A stretch of 24,653 bases of DNA from a virus (lineage: Duplodnaviria > Caudoviricetes), in the IMG/VR virus record IMGVR_UViG_3300042471_000399, positions 1 to 24,653 of that record; one strand, written 5' to 3'. This document shows positions 1 through 7,540 of this stretch, one piece after another. The notes under the pieces are model-generated. The model saw only the letters and a program-made list of their open reading frames with translations, did not search any database and was not told the DNA's origin. Position numbers and translations under genes: made by a program. Every line of letters starts with the position of its first letter. Position 1 is the stretch's first letter.

Positions 1-1
1 T

Positions 2-253
2 GAGGTTGTCACGATCTGAAACCGTGCTTACCTCACTCAGCCGCCTCTTCTCCGCCGCCAACGCCTCCATACATGCCCTGACCCTGCCGTCCACCATCAA
101 CTCCGCCGCTCGACGCTGTACGGACGCTGGTTTCATGTTCTCTGCGTCATACGAGTTGCGATACGAATCCGCGATTGACATGCCATTGACTACGTTTTCA
201 GCGAATTTGCGCTGTTTTGGTGTTAACCCGTACTCATCTGTCATACCTGCCAT
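2..253 (-). CDS. terS: Terminase small subunit, N-terminal part (runs off the window edge)
   Basis: Not in the ORF track. Hand translation from ATG 253: MAGMTDEYGLTPKQRKFAENVVNGMSIADSYRNSYDAENMKPASVQRRAAELMVDGRVRACMEALAAEKRR..., open to the edge. LTPKQxxF followed by the xYxxxY...AxxL pattern is the typical TerS N-terminal HTH. Confidence 0.8.
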   Translation of the reverse strand, partial: MAGMTDEYGLTPKQRKFAENVVNGMSIADSYRNSYDAENMKPASVQRRAAELMVDGRVRACMEALAAEKRRLSEVSTVSDRDNL

Positions 254-370
254 GATGCGTTTTACCCTTGTTTTCCAGTGTACTGACTAACTTTTTGCAT
301 GTTGAGTGCGTGACCGACTCACCGAATCCTACCTTTGCGACTGTTTAACCGCAAACTAAATTCGACCGAT

Positions 371-383
371 TATCAATGACTTA
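371..383 (+). promoter_or_regulatory. IHF-binding consensus site
   Basis: TATCAATGACTTA matches WATCAANNNNTTR exactly, in the AT-rich gap between terS and the early operon. Confidence 0.55.
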
Positions 384-393
384 GCCTACAGGC

Positions 394-402
394 TGATAAA
401 AT
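394..402 (+). promoter_or_regulatory. Extended -10 promoter candidate for the early transcript
   Basis: TGATAAAAT fits TGnTAAAAT. A TTGACA at 417-422 has only a weak -10 (GAGGAT at 440-445). Confidence 0.45.
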
Positions 403-454
403 TATCTGTTTAGACGTTGACATGTGACCTCGATATCCGGAGGATACGCATCAC

Positions 455-691
455 TGGCCCCCCAGACAGGCCAAGCCGCTAGGTGAAAAACAAAGGTTCT
501 GGTGCCGGATGTGCGACAGCAGCCCGGCGGTTCCCTGAAGGGGGAACCCGGCCTAAAGCATCGGTGAAGCCGTAGGGTTGAAGGCAATGACCTGCAAGTA
601 CAGCAGCCGCCCGAAAGTCTGACGATGCCCAACGTACCGGAGAAACCTTCGACTGAGTAGAGCGCCCTCGACGAGGACGCTGCACTGAGTC
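455..691 (+). ncRNA. Candidate structured leader/ncRNA of unknown class
   Basis: Nested stems: 455-459/469-473, 493-505/634-649, 529-535/542-548, 558-563/623-628, 572-580/585-595, and a long hairpin 651-691. G-U pairs favour the + strand. Confidence 0.5.
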
Positions 692-709
692 ACACAACGG
701 AGAGCAAAC

Positions 710-991
710 ATGTTCGACAAATACGCTGAACACTTGCGCGACAGCGCCCCCGACAACAGCCGTTTCGACGGCTTCGACCGCGCCGGTCGCGACGAGGGCA
801 ACGAGGTTTGCGGAAACATCATCGGTCGTATGCGCTGTTGGCACGGCAAGGTCGAAATCGTCGAGGTCGTTTATCCGGACGGCGACAGCGACTATTTCGT
901 ACAGGTCAACGGCAGACAGGTGACCGACTTCGTAGACCGCGCACGGGCCATCGTGGTGGGTCGATGGTGGGTCAACGGTTGCCCTGCCTAA
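710..991 (+). CDS. Hypothetical early protein (93 aa)
   Basis: GGAG RBS at 699-702, ATG start, GC3-rich codons like its neighbours. Confidence 0.75.
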   Translation: MFDKYAEHLRDSAPDNSRFDGFDRAGRDEGNEVCGNIIGRMRCWHGKVEIVEVVYPDGDSDYFVQVNGRQVTDFVDRARAIVVGRWWVNGCPA

Positions 992-1045
992 CAGGTCGAA
1001 ACGCCGCGAGGCGTCCACCCGTGATGCGGGTGCTGACGAGACCGT
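991..1045 (+). ncRNA. Type II hammerhead ribozyme
   Basis: Stem II GGUC 994-997/GACC 1040-1043; GAAA 998-1001; stem III ACGCC-GCGA-GGCGU; GUC triplet 1013-1015; stem I CACCCG 1016-1021/CGGGUG 1027-1032; core CUGACGA 1033-1039. Confidence 0.93.
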
Positions 1046-1060
1046 CTAAACAAAAACAGG

Positions 1061-1090
1061 TTGACGACTGCACAGTGCAGCGTCTAAACT
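1061..1090 (+). promoter_or_regulatory. Sigma70-type promoter
   Basis: TTGACG-N18-TAAACT upstream of the AACAGGAG RBS of the gene at 1125; GTCTAAAC sites at 1044 and 1082. Confidence 0.6.
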
Positions 1091-1124
1091 TGCCAACATA
1101 CCGACAACGAAACAGGAGTCTGCC

Positions 1125-1730
1125 ATGTTTACTGAACGTGAAACCTACCTCGCCGCCGCTGCCGTCGCTTTGCAGCACGATGTGTTCCCCTCCGCGAATA
1201 TCGCCGCTGCCGACTGGTCGCAGCGCAAGTACCGGGTCGCCTGTGGATTCCCCATTGGCTATCGCGGTAGCCGCACCGGCAAGGTCACCTTGGGCCAAGC
1301 CTTCGACCCGTCGATCTCTGCCGATGGCACCTTCGAGGTGTTCATCAACCCGATCCTCGACAAGCCGCTCGATGTGGTCGCGGTTCTCGCCCATGAACTC
1401 GCCCATGTCTGGGCCGGTATCCAGTGCGGACATCGTGGCGAGTTCGCCCGTATCTCCCGCGCCATTGGCCTCGAAGGCCCGTTGACCTCGACGGTTCCCG
1501 GTGTCGAGTTGCGCGGCAAGTTGGAGGGCATCGTCAAGGTCTTGGGCAACTACCCTCACGCGAAGGTTGACCCCAACGCCCGCAAGAAGCAGGGGACGCG
1601 ACTGCTCAAGTTGTGGTGCCGTGACTGCGGGTGGACTGCCCGTGTCTCTGCCCTGCAAGGCAACCGTTTACACGCTGCATCGGCTTGCCCGGTTTGCAGC
1701 GCGACCGACTCACTCAAGGTGGAGGGCTGA
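1125..1730 (+). CDS. SprT-like zincin metalloprotease with C-terminal Zn ribbon
   Basis: LAHELAH (HExxH) followed by GHRGEF, as in SprT-like proteins; CRDCG...CPVC; AGGAG RBS. Confidence 0.8.
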   Translation: MFTERETYLAAAAVALQHDVFPSANIAAADWSQRKYRVACGFPIGYRGSRTGKVTLGQAFDPSISADGTFEVFINPILDKPLDVVAVLAHELAHVWAGIQCGHRGEFARISRAIGLEGPLTSTVPGVELRGKLEGIVKVLGNYPHAKVDPNARKKQGTRLLKLWCRDCGWTARVSALQGNRLHAASACPVCSATDSLKVEG

Positions 1731-1732
1731 TC

Positions 1733-2749
1733 ATGGAACGCACATTCTCGCTGCCGCTGTCTGACTCAGACCGCGCCTACCTCAAGATGCACTCTGTGCG
1801 TCAAGGCAAATCACCGAATGCACCGGACGATGTCCTGCTTGCGGTCTGGAACGGGGTCGATCCTGCCCCGGTTCCCCGTGCGGAACTGGATGCCGCGACC
1901 ATCGATGGCATCCGCAAGGACGCTGTCGCTGCTGCGGTTGCCGCAGTCGAGCAGCACCGCCCGATTCGCATCGAGATCAAGCAGGGCGCGGAGATTCGCA
2001 CCCTCCCCGATGGTCACCGTCACCCGGTCTTCGGTGATGTCCTCGCGGCCCTCTCCGTTCGCGAGAACGTGTACTTGGTCGGCCCTGCCGGGTCGGGCAA
2101 GACCACCATCGCGACCCAAGCCGCTGAGGCTCTGGGCTTGCCCTTCTACTCGACCGGTGCTGTCGGCATGGCGTACCAGTTGCAGGGTTTCATCAACCCA
2201 GAAGGCAAGTACATGGAGACCGACCTCTATCGTGCGTATGTCGGCGGTGGGGTGTTCTTGTTCGATGAGGTCGATGCCTCATCCGCACAGGCACTGCTTG
2301 CCTTCAACGCCATCCTCGCCAACGAGATCGCTGCGTTCCCGCATGGCACGGTTAAACGCCACGCGGACTTCGTTGTGATCGCTGCCGCGAACACCTTCGG
2401 CAACGGTGCGGATGCCCAGTACGTCGGACGGAACCAACTCGATGCAGCGTTCCTCGACCGGTTCATGTACGTCACCATGGACTACGACGAGAAACTGGAA
2501 CTCGCGATTAGTTCCAACGACGAGTGGACGCGATATGTACAGGCGTTTCGCCGTGCGGTTCGCGCCCACAAGATTCGCCATGTCGTCTCGCCCCGCGCAT
2601 CGATCAAGGGCGGCAAGTTACTCAGCGCCGGTCTCTCGCGAGACAAGGTTGCGGAGTCGCTGCTCTGGAAGTCGATGACCGCAGCCGACCGCGCCAAGGT
2701 GTCTGAGTCTCTGCCCCGTCAGTTTCAAGAATGGAGCAACGCAGCATGA
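1733..2749 (+). CDS. MoxR/CobS-like AAA+ ATPase
   Basis: Walker A GPAGSGKT, Walker B FLFDEVD, AANTFG sensor, LDAAFLDRF arginine finger, SPRA. Start moved to ATG 1733 after GGAGG 1721-1725. Confidence 0.9.
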   Translation: MERTFSLPLSDSDRAYLKMHSVRQGKSPNAPDDVLLAVWNGVDPAPVPRAELDAATIDGIRKDAVAAAVAAVEQHRPIRIEIKQGAEIRTLPDGHRHPVFGDVLAALSVRENVYLVGPAGSGKTTIATQAAEALGLPFYSTGAVGMAYQLQGFINPEGKYMETDLYRAYVGGGVFLFDEVDASSAQALLAFNAILANEIAAFPHGTVKRHADFVVIAAANTFGNGADAQYVGRNQLDAAFLDRFMYVTMDYDEKLELAISSNDEWTRYVQAFRRAVRAHKIRHVVSPRASIKGGKLLSAGLSRDKVAESLLWKSMTAADRAKVSESLPRQFQEWSNAA

Positions 2750-3543
2750 CCGACTACAACTACAACGCAGACTCATGGGATGAGTTCATGCATGACCTCA
2801 AAACCAAGCCTGTCCTGCCCGACTGGAAAGGGGTTTGCGCGTCGGAGGAACGCGACTATCAATTTACCCGCAGCCACTCATGGGAACACTGCCTCGAACT
2901 CGCAGAGCATGGATGCCCCACGACCACTGAGGCCGTCGAATCCGCGAGTGTGAAGGTGACTTTCGAGGCGGGGCCGACTTGGGAATATGCCCCGGTCGGC
3001 GCGTTCCCCTGCATCCCCGGCTACGCCGCAGGGGTTCCAGAGAACATGTTCGTTCCGCAGGACGATGGTGCATCGAACGCGAAGCCCATCGTTCGCATCG
3101 CGGTAAATGTGGTGTGCAGTGCATGGGTGAATGCACAGGACATCATCAATCGCGGTGCGGCAGTCATCGCTCTGATCGACAAGATCCAAGGCGCGGGTCA
3201 GCGCGTCGAACTCGTCGCCTTCTGCCACGTTACGGCTCATGGCAGGGATCGCATCATCGCCTCCGTCACGGTTAAACGCCCAGAGGAACCGGTGGATATG
3301 GATCGGATCGGATTCGCTCTCGCTCACCCATCGATGCTTCGACGGGCGATGTTTCGGGTGACTGAGTTTATCTACCCGAAATACATTGGCGGGTACGGTC
3401 GATGCGGACACTTCGATGATGTGCTGAAAGATAGCGACATGAACATCAAGGCAATCGGCACCGACCGGGTGACCTACAGCAATCGCGACAACGCTATCGC
3501 TGAGGTCAACCAACTTTGGGAAAGGGCGGCATCTGCCGCCTAA
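2746..3543 (+). CDS. VWA-like partner of the AAA+ ATPase (degenerate MIDAS)
   Basis: ATGA overlap with the ATPase stop. The IVRIAVNVVCSAW strand followed by the RGAAVIALIDKI...GQRVEL helix/strand fits VWA topology. MoxR-VWA pairing is well established. Confidence 0.6.
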   Translation: MTDYNYNADSWDEFMHDLKTKPVLPDWKGVCASEERDYQFTRSHSWEHCLELAEHGCPTTTEAVESASVKVTFEAGPTWEYAPVGAFPCIPGYAAGVPENMFVPQDDGASNAKPIVRIAVNVVCSAWVNAQDIINRGAAVIALIDKIQGAGQRVELVAFCHVTAHGRDRIIASVTVKRPEEPVDMDRIGFALAHPSMLRRAMFRVTEFIYPKYIGGYGRCGHFDDVLKDSDMNIKAIGTDRVTYSNRDNAIAEVNQLWERAASAA

Positions 3544-3547
3544 TCCT

Positions 3548-3576
3548 TTGACAAATAACTTGCAATCAAATAAACT
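3548..3576 (+). promoter_or_regulatory. Sigma70-type promoter
   Basis: TTGACA-N17-TAAACT directly after the previous stop codon, followed by an AGGAG RBS. Confidence 0.8.
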
Positions 3577-3604
3577 TCTAATCATCGACAACAGGAGAAC
3601 GAAA

Positions 3605-3802
3605 ATGGACATCGAAACAATGACAGCCAGCGACAAGGTATCGCTGCTCGAAGGTCTTCGCGCCAAGCGAAAGGCTGAGTCTGCGGACATAGCAATCGCG
3701 ATGGGACTTGCACTGGCATCACACTTGGATGCCATTGGCATGAACCGTGAGGCCGGTGAGGTCGAGGCAATCGTCAGTCGCGTGATGGCAGGTGCAGCAT
3801 GA
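3605..3802 (+). CDS. Hypothetical protein (65 aa)
   Basis: AGGAG at 3593-3597 then ATG 3605; ATGA coupling to the next gene. Confidence 0.75.
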   Translation: MDIETMTASDKVSLLEGLRAKRKAESADIAIAMGLALASHLDAIGMNREAGEVEAIVSRVMAGAA

Positions 3803-4140
3803 ACTACCAATTCAATATCGGTGATCAAGTGATGTGGCGTGGCGGTTGGGGACGCAATGCCCCTGCCCCTGCGAAGATCATTGATCTAGGCGAGAAGAAC
3901 GGTGAGCCGGTCTATGACTTGGACAACGGTCACTGGGCATACGAGCATCAACTCAACCGCGACGAGCCTACACCTCGCGACATGCTCAAGGCTGCGCTGA
4001 TCCTCGCGATCACCGCACCGACAGAAGAGCAGACAGACATGGCAGTCAAACTGGCAGATGATATTGCTGTCGCATTGACTGCGCGTGAGGTGCGCGACGT
4101 GCAGCGCGAGATCGAGCGCGAACTTGGGGGTCGAGTATGA
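3799..4140 (+). CDS. Hypothetical protein, possible SH3-like N-terminal barrel
   Basis: FNIGDQVMWRG...KIIDL...VYDL pattern; translationally coupled at both ends. Confidence 0.7.
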   Translation: MNYQFNIGDQVMWRGGWGRNAPAPAKIIDLGEKNGEPVYDLDNGHWAYEHQLNRDEPTPRDMLKAALILAITAPTEEQTDMAVKLADDIAVALTAREVRDVQREIERELGGRV

Positions 4141-4232
4141 CTTCCGAATTCTTTTGGTTCATGCTCCCTCGCATAATGGTCGGCTGTGTTTTTCTTTTCA
4201 TTGCTTGGAGGATCGCGACATGGAACAAGTGA
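4137..4232 (+). CDS. Small single-pass membrane peptide (31 aa)
   Basis: Hand translation MTSEFFWFMLPRIMVGCVFLFIAWRIATWNK; ATGA overlap with the upstream stop; fills the gap. Confidence 0.6.
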   Translation: MTSEFFWFMLPRIMVGCVFLFIAWRIATWNK

Positions 4233-4426
4233 TTGACCCTATCGTCGAGCAGTTGGATCGTGAGTATCGATTCCTTCGATCTGAACTGGAGAAGGAAGTG
4301 AATCGATTCGAAACGATTCGACATCAACACACTGTCAAAACAAACCAACTCGCGGATGACATCACCCGCAAGTTCTTTGAACTACAGAACGCTAAACTGG
4401 AGGCGCGTCGCAATGAACGAGGCTGA
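4220..4426 (+). CDS. Hypothetical coiled-coil protein (68 aa)
   Basis: GGAGG 4207-4211 then ATG 4220. Confidence 0.7.
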   Translation: MEQVIDPIVEQLDREYRFLRSELEKEVNRFETIRHQHTVKTNQLADDITRKFFELQNAKLEARRNERG

Positions 4427-4676
4427 TATCGAAATGATCAAATATCAAATCGCCTTGGATAGAAACGCTGATTTGGAACATCAGATCCAATTAGCAACAC
4501 AAGGTGCGGCCACTAACCAAGAACTGCGCGGCATCAACTTCCTACTCCAGAAGATCCTTCTGGGGCAGGCACAGATCAACGCACGATTGGATGACATCCA
4601 ACGCACCATCAATCCCGGCAAGTGGGAACGTGAGCATCCCGAAGATGATGATCACCTCACTGCCGATATGTTCTAG
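4413..4676 (+). CDS. Hypothetical coiled-coil protein (87 aa)
   Basis: GGAGG 4399-4403 then ATG 4413. Confidence 0.7.
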   Translation: MNEADIEMIKYQIALDRNADLEHQIQLATQGAATNQELRGINFLLQKILLGQAQINARLDDIQRTINPGKWEREHPEDDDHLTADMF

Positions 4677-4686
4677 GAGTTTAAAC

Positions 4687-5013
4687 ATGGAACGCATGTT
4701 CTTAAATCCGGTGGACGGGGAGATCTATCCCGAGTCTTGGTATCACAAAGAAAACATCGATCTCTCATGCGCGATTGAGGCAGTCACCATTCACGGTGGA
4801 CTCGCCTTCGATATCAAGCCAGAGAACATCGAACGCATGGAGTTCAAGGACGTGAATGCGATTGCTTTGATCGCTGAGTTCACCGCTCACTTGGCTCGTC
4901 ACGCCATGGAACTGGATGATCCAGAGGAGGCAGCAGAATGCGCGTCAGTCGCGGCTTATGTATCTCGAATCATGATGGAGAAACTGTCGGGCCAGAAGAT
5001 GGCGAGGCACTGA
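4687..5013 (+). CDS. Hypothetical protein (108 aa)
   Basis: AGGAG RBS, then GTTTAAAC, then ATG 4687. Confidence 0.75.
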   Translation: MERMFLNPVDGEIYPESWYHKENIDLSCAIEAVTIHGGLAFDIKPENIERMEFKDVNAIALIAEFTAHLARHAMELDDPEEAAECASVAAYVSRIMMEKLSGQKMARH

Positions 5014-5039
5014 CGTTCAAAGATTCGGGCGGGAACCCC

Positions 5040-5186
5040 ATGGTCTGGGTGTTTCCCTGCCCCGGTCGCATCTGGAAAGATCGATGGGTCGCATTCACCC
5101 AAGGGGAACTGTTTAAATACTGGAAAGGTTCCCGTGAAGAATGCATTGTCTGGGCTGAGTGTTTTACCAAAGGAGAACTAGCATGA
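5040..5186 (+). CDS. Hypothetical Trp-rich protein (about 48 aa)
   Basis: MVWVFPCPGRIWKDRW...; its stop overlaps the next ATG; start uncertain. Confidence 0.5.
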   Translation: MVWVFPCPGRIWKDRWVAFTQGELFKYWKGSREECIVWAECFTKGELA

Positions 5187-5371
5187 AGAAGTGGATTGTT
5201 TTGATGGCAGCATTGGTGAGTGCAAGTGCTTTCGCAGGTACGGCCTACCTCAAGTACGAACGGGTCACGGGCATGACCAAGCAGTGCGTGTATGATTACT
5301 TAGGCAACGAATACACGAAGACCATTCGCTCGACGGAACTCTGCCCTCTGTCGATTCAAGTGAGCAGATAA
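5183..5371 (+). CDS. Small secreted/periplasmic protein with signal peptide (62 aa)
   Basis: MKKWIVLMAALVSASAFA is a Sec signal with an A-x-A site; two Cys in the mature part; AGGAG RBS. Confidence 0.8.
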   Translation: MKKWIVLMAALVSASAFAGTAYLKYERVTGMTKQCVYDYLGNEYTKTIRSTELCPLSIQVSR

Positions 5372-5430
5372 TGATCTTGATGCGGCGGTGATCAGACCCC
5401 CTGATTGTGCAGTACCGCTGCTGAAAAGAG

Positions 5431-5466
5431 ACCCCGGCACCTGTCACAGGGTGTCGGGGTTTTTTT
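5431..5466 (+). terminator. Intrinsic terminator of the early operon (possibly bidirectional)
   Basis: ACCCCGGCACC/GGTGTCGGGGT stem followed by a T tract; AAAAG on the upstream side; lies between convergent genes. Confidence 0.9.
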
Positions 5467-5468
5467 GT

Positions 5469-7163
5469 TTATAGTTCCGGCCATTGTTCGTGGGTGTGGG
5501 TGATCGCCCGATCTGAGTAACGCCCGGTCGGTAGGTCATAGTTCAGTTCGACATCACCAATCGCGCCGACCCATTTAAACCGGCTCTTCCAGACATGCAC
5601 CTTGGTCTGGTTCCCGACGCGACCTACGGTCACGCCCATGTCTGCCTTCGCGAACCACGCCGCACTGCCAGAGATGTGCTGCCCCTTCGGAACCCCATCA
5701 TCTGGGATGTGCTTGGCAGGGTGAGCGACGAACCATGCATGGAGTTCATGCGACTTACAGAATAGGACGATATCGGTCAGCATCTTGCTGATCGCTTGAT
5801 GCTCTGACTCGCCCGACATTTCGAGGTAGTTGTAGGGGTCGATGATGAGACCTCGAACGCCCATTCTCATGACCGCTTGCTTGGTTCTGTCGATGATGGA
5901 CTGAACCGTGCAGGGCGCACCGTCATGGCTCTGGAGGAATACGAAATGCTGGTTGAGAAAGGCGAGTGCGTAGTCCCTCTCATCGCTCGACATCCTATCG
6001 TCCCCGAAGAAGGGCTTTCCGATCACCTTCTCCGCCAACTTCGCGATGTGCATGTGGGGTGGGTTCTCGAAGGACGCGACCGCGAATCGCCATCCCTTTT
6101 GCATGGCGATATTGATACATATCTGGTCGATCAGTTCGCTCTTACCGGAACCGGGGAGTCCCGTCACCACCGACAACTGGCCGGGGAGGATCGTGTAGAG
6201 GGGGTCGAGTGTGGCGAGGCCCGTGCTTGCACCCTTGACTACCCCGCTCTCGTAGAGGGAGACGATCTGAGACTCGAAATCCTCTGGGAGGTAGACGCCT
6301 TCGAGGGGGAGGGGTTTAGCGGCTGAGAACGCCTCTCGTAAAGCCTCAGGGCCATACTTCTGGAGGGTCTCGTTCGCATCCTTGGCAGGGAGCGAGGCCA
6401 ACCAACACTTCGCCCGTCCGATACGACGCGCCAGTTCCTCGACGAGTGCTTGACCCGGCTCGTCATTGTCCGGAAAGAACACCACCCTCTGGACAGAGTC
6501 GATGAGTTGTCTCGCCTCCCAGACATACGAGAACTTCCCGTCCATCTTCGGATCGACCTTGCCATCTGAGACCTTCGCGGGTGCGCCGTTCGGGACAGAG
6601 ACCGCAGGGATACCCGCAGCGGCAAGTGCGAGGACATCCATCTCCCCTTCGCAGATGACAAGATCCGTCAGGTCTTTCGGTAACTGGTTTAAACCGAAGA
6701 ACGATCTGGCAGAACCTTGCTGCGTGAATTCTTTCTCGCCTGTGCTTCGCCACTTGATCGCTTCGGGATGCTTCGGATCGCCGTAGACAAAGCCGATGCA
6801 GGGTTGGACCCCGATCTCTGCGAAGTACTTGTTGGAACCGACGAGTGGAAACTGGGTGGCAATACTGGGGTCGATGCCCCGTCTGGTGAGGAAGTCGGTG
6901 ACGATTTCTAGGATGTGTTCTGTCGGTGGATCGACGGGTTTGGGAGGGGCTTTGGCTTGGACTTGGTGCTGTATTTGTTTCATGAACTTCTCTTTCCTGA
7001 CCGCTCCGCTGATCCCGCAGTGAAAGCATTGGTAGACCACCCGATCTGATTCGACGGTGACCCCCATGGTTTTCTCATAGGATTTCTTTCTGGAAGGGGA
7101 GCAGTGTGGGCATGGGATTCGTCCTGTTTCAACCTGATTGACGATGATTTCTTCTGGTGTCAT
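5469..7163 (-). CDS. T7 gp4/Twinkle-type DNA primase-helicase
   Basis: Zn finger CPHC...CFHC, TOPRIM ICEGEMD and DND, PAKDANE, SF4 Walker A GLPGSGKS, IIDPYN, VAHP, ISGSAAW, KSRF. Confidence 0.95.
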   Translation of the reverse strand: MTPEEIIVNQVETGRIPCPHCSPSRKKSYEKTMGVTVESDRVVYQCFHCGISGAVRKEKFMKQIQHQVQAKAPPKPVDPPTEHILEIVTDFLTRRGIDPSIATQFPLVGSNKYFAEIGVQPCIGFVYGDPKHPEAIKWRSTGEKEFTQQGSARSFFGLNQLPKDLTDLVICEGEMDVLALAAAGIPAVSVPNGAPAKVSDGKVDPKMDGKFSYVWEARQLIDSVQRVVFFPDNDEPGQALVEELARRIGRAKCWLASLPAKDANETLQKYGPEALREAFSAAKPLPLEGVYLPEDFESQIVSLYESGVVKGASTGLATLDPLYTILPGQLSVVTGLPGSGKSELIDQICINIAMQKGWRFAVASFENPPHMHIAKLAEKVIGKPFFGDDRMSSDERDYALAFLNQHFVFLQSHDGAPCTVQSIIDRTKQAVMRMGVRGLIIDPYNYLEMSGESEHQAISKMLTDIVLFCKSHELHAWFVAHPAKHIPDDGVPKGQHISGSAAWFAKADMGVTVGRVGNQTKVHVWKSRFKWVGAIGDVELNYDLPTGRYSDRAITHTHEQWPEL

Positions 7164-7510
7164 ATCGTTTCCTGTTTAAATAACTCGCCCCTTTTCCGGG
7201 TGGCCGGGTCTACCCGCCGCGCCGTACTCAGTGCGCCATGCATCTCAGCATGACTCTGGAACTGCTTTCAGGGGGATTACTCCATGCCTTACTTGCACAA
7301 GTCCAGACCGGTTTGGCCGTGTAGCCACCCACCATGTTGTCAGGGGCAGACAGAGCATGGATTTACTCAGGCACTTTGGGGCGGGCAGGATGTTCCCCCT
7401 GCACTCACTTACGGCTCGCCTGACCGGCGACCCAAGACACGGGGAAGTAGGGTTGTGAACCCAAGAGAATCCAGATAGGATTCGTCCCGTGTCTTTTGTG
7501 TCGCAACTCA

Positions 7511-7540
7511 AGACTACCGTCCCCCTAACCTGACGGTCAA
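7511..7540 (-). promoter_or_regulatory. Sigma70-type promoter for the primase-helicase with overlapping inverted repeat
   Basis: Minus strand TTGACC-N18-TAGTCT; ACCGTC(7516-7521)-N10-GACGGT(7532-7537). Confidence 0.55.

Noticed and set aside
6-290. Plus-strand 94-aa ORF
   Set aside because: Antisense shadow of the terS frame.
611-650. Second hammerhead (CUGACGA at 619-625, GAAAC downstream)
   Set aside because: Stem II does not pair and no compatible stem I/III with an NUH triplet can be built; kept only as part of the structured leader.
402-1658. ORFs 402-632, 479-1018, 553-849, 808-1485 and 972-1658
   Set aside because: No RBS or protein motifs; they overlap better-supported genes or RNA elements, as expected for shadow ORFs in GC-rich DNA.
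7434-7495. tRNA
   Set aside because: Multibranch fold but only two inner arms and no T-loop or D-loop consensus.
7231-7511. ORFs in the primase-rusA gap
   Set aside because: Non-ATG starts, atypical composition and overlap with a promoter and RNA stems; not fully excluded.
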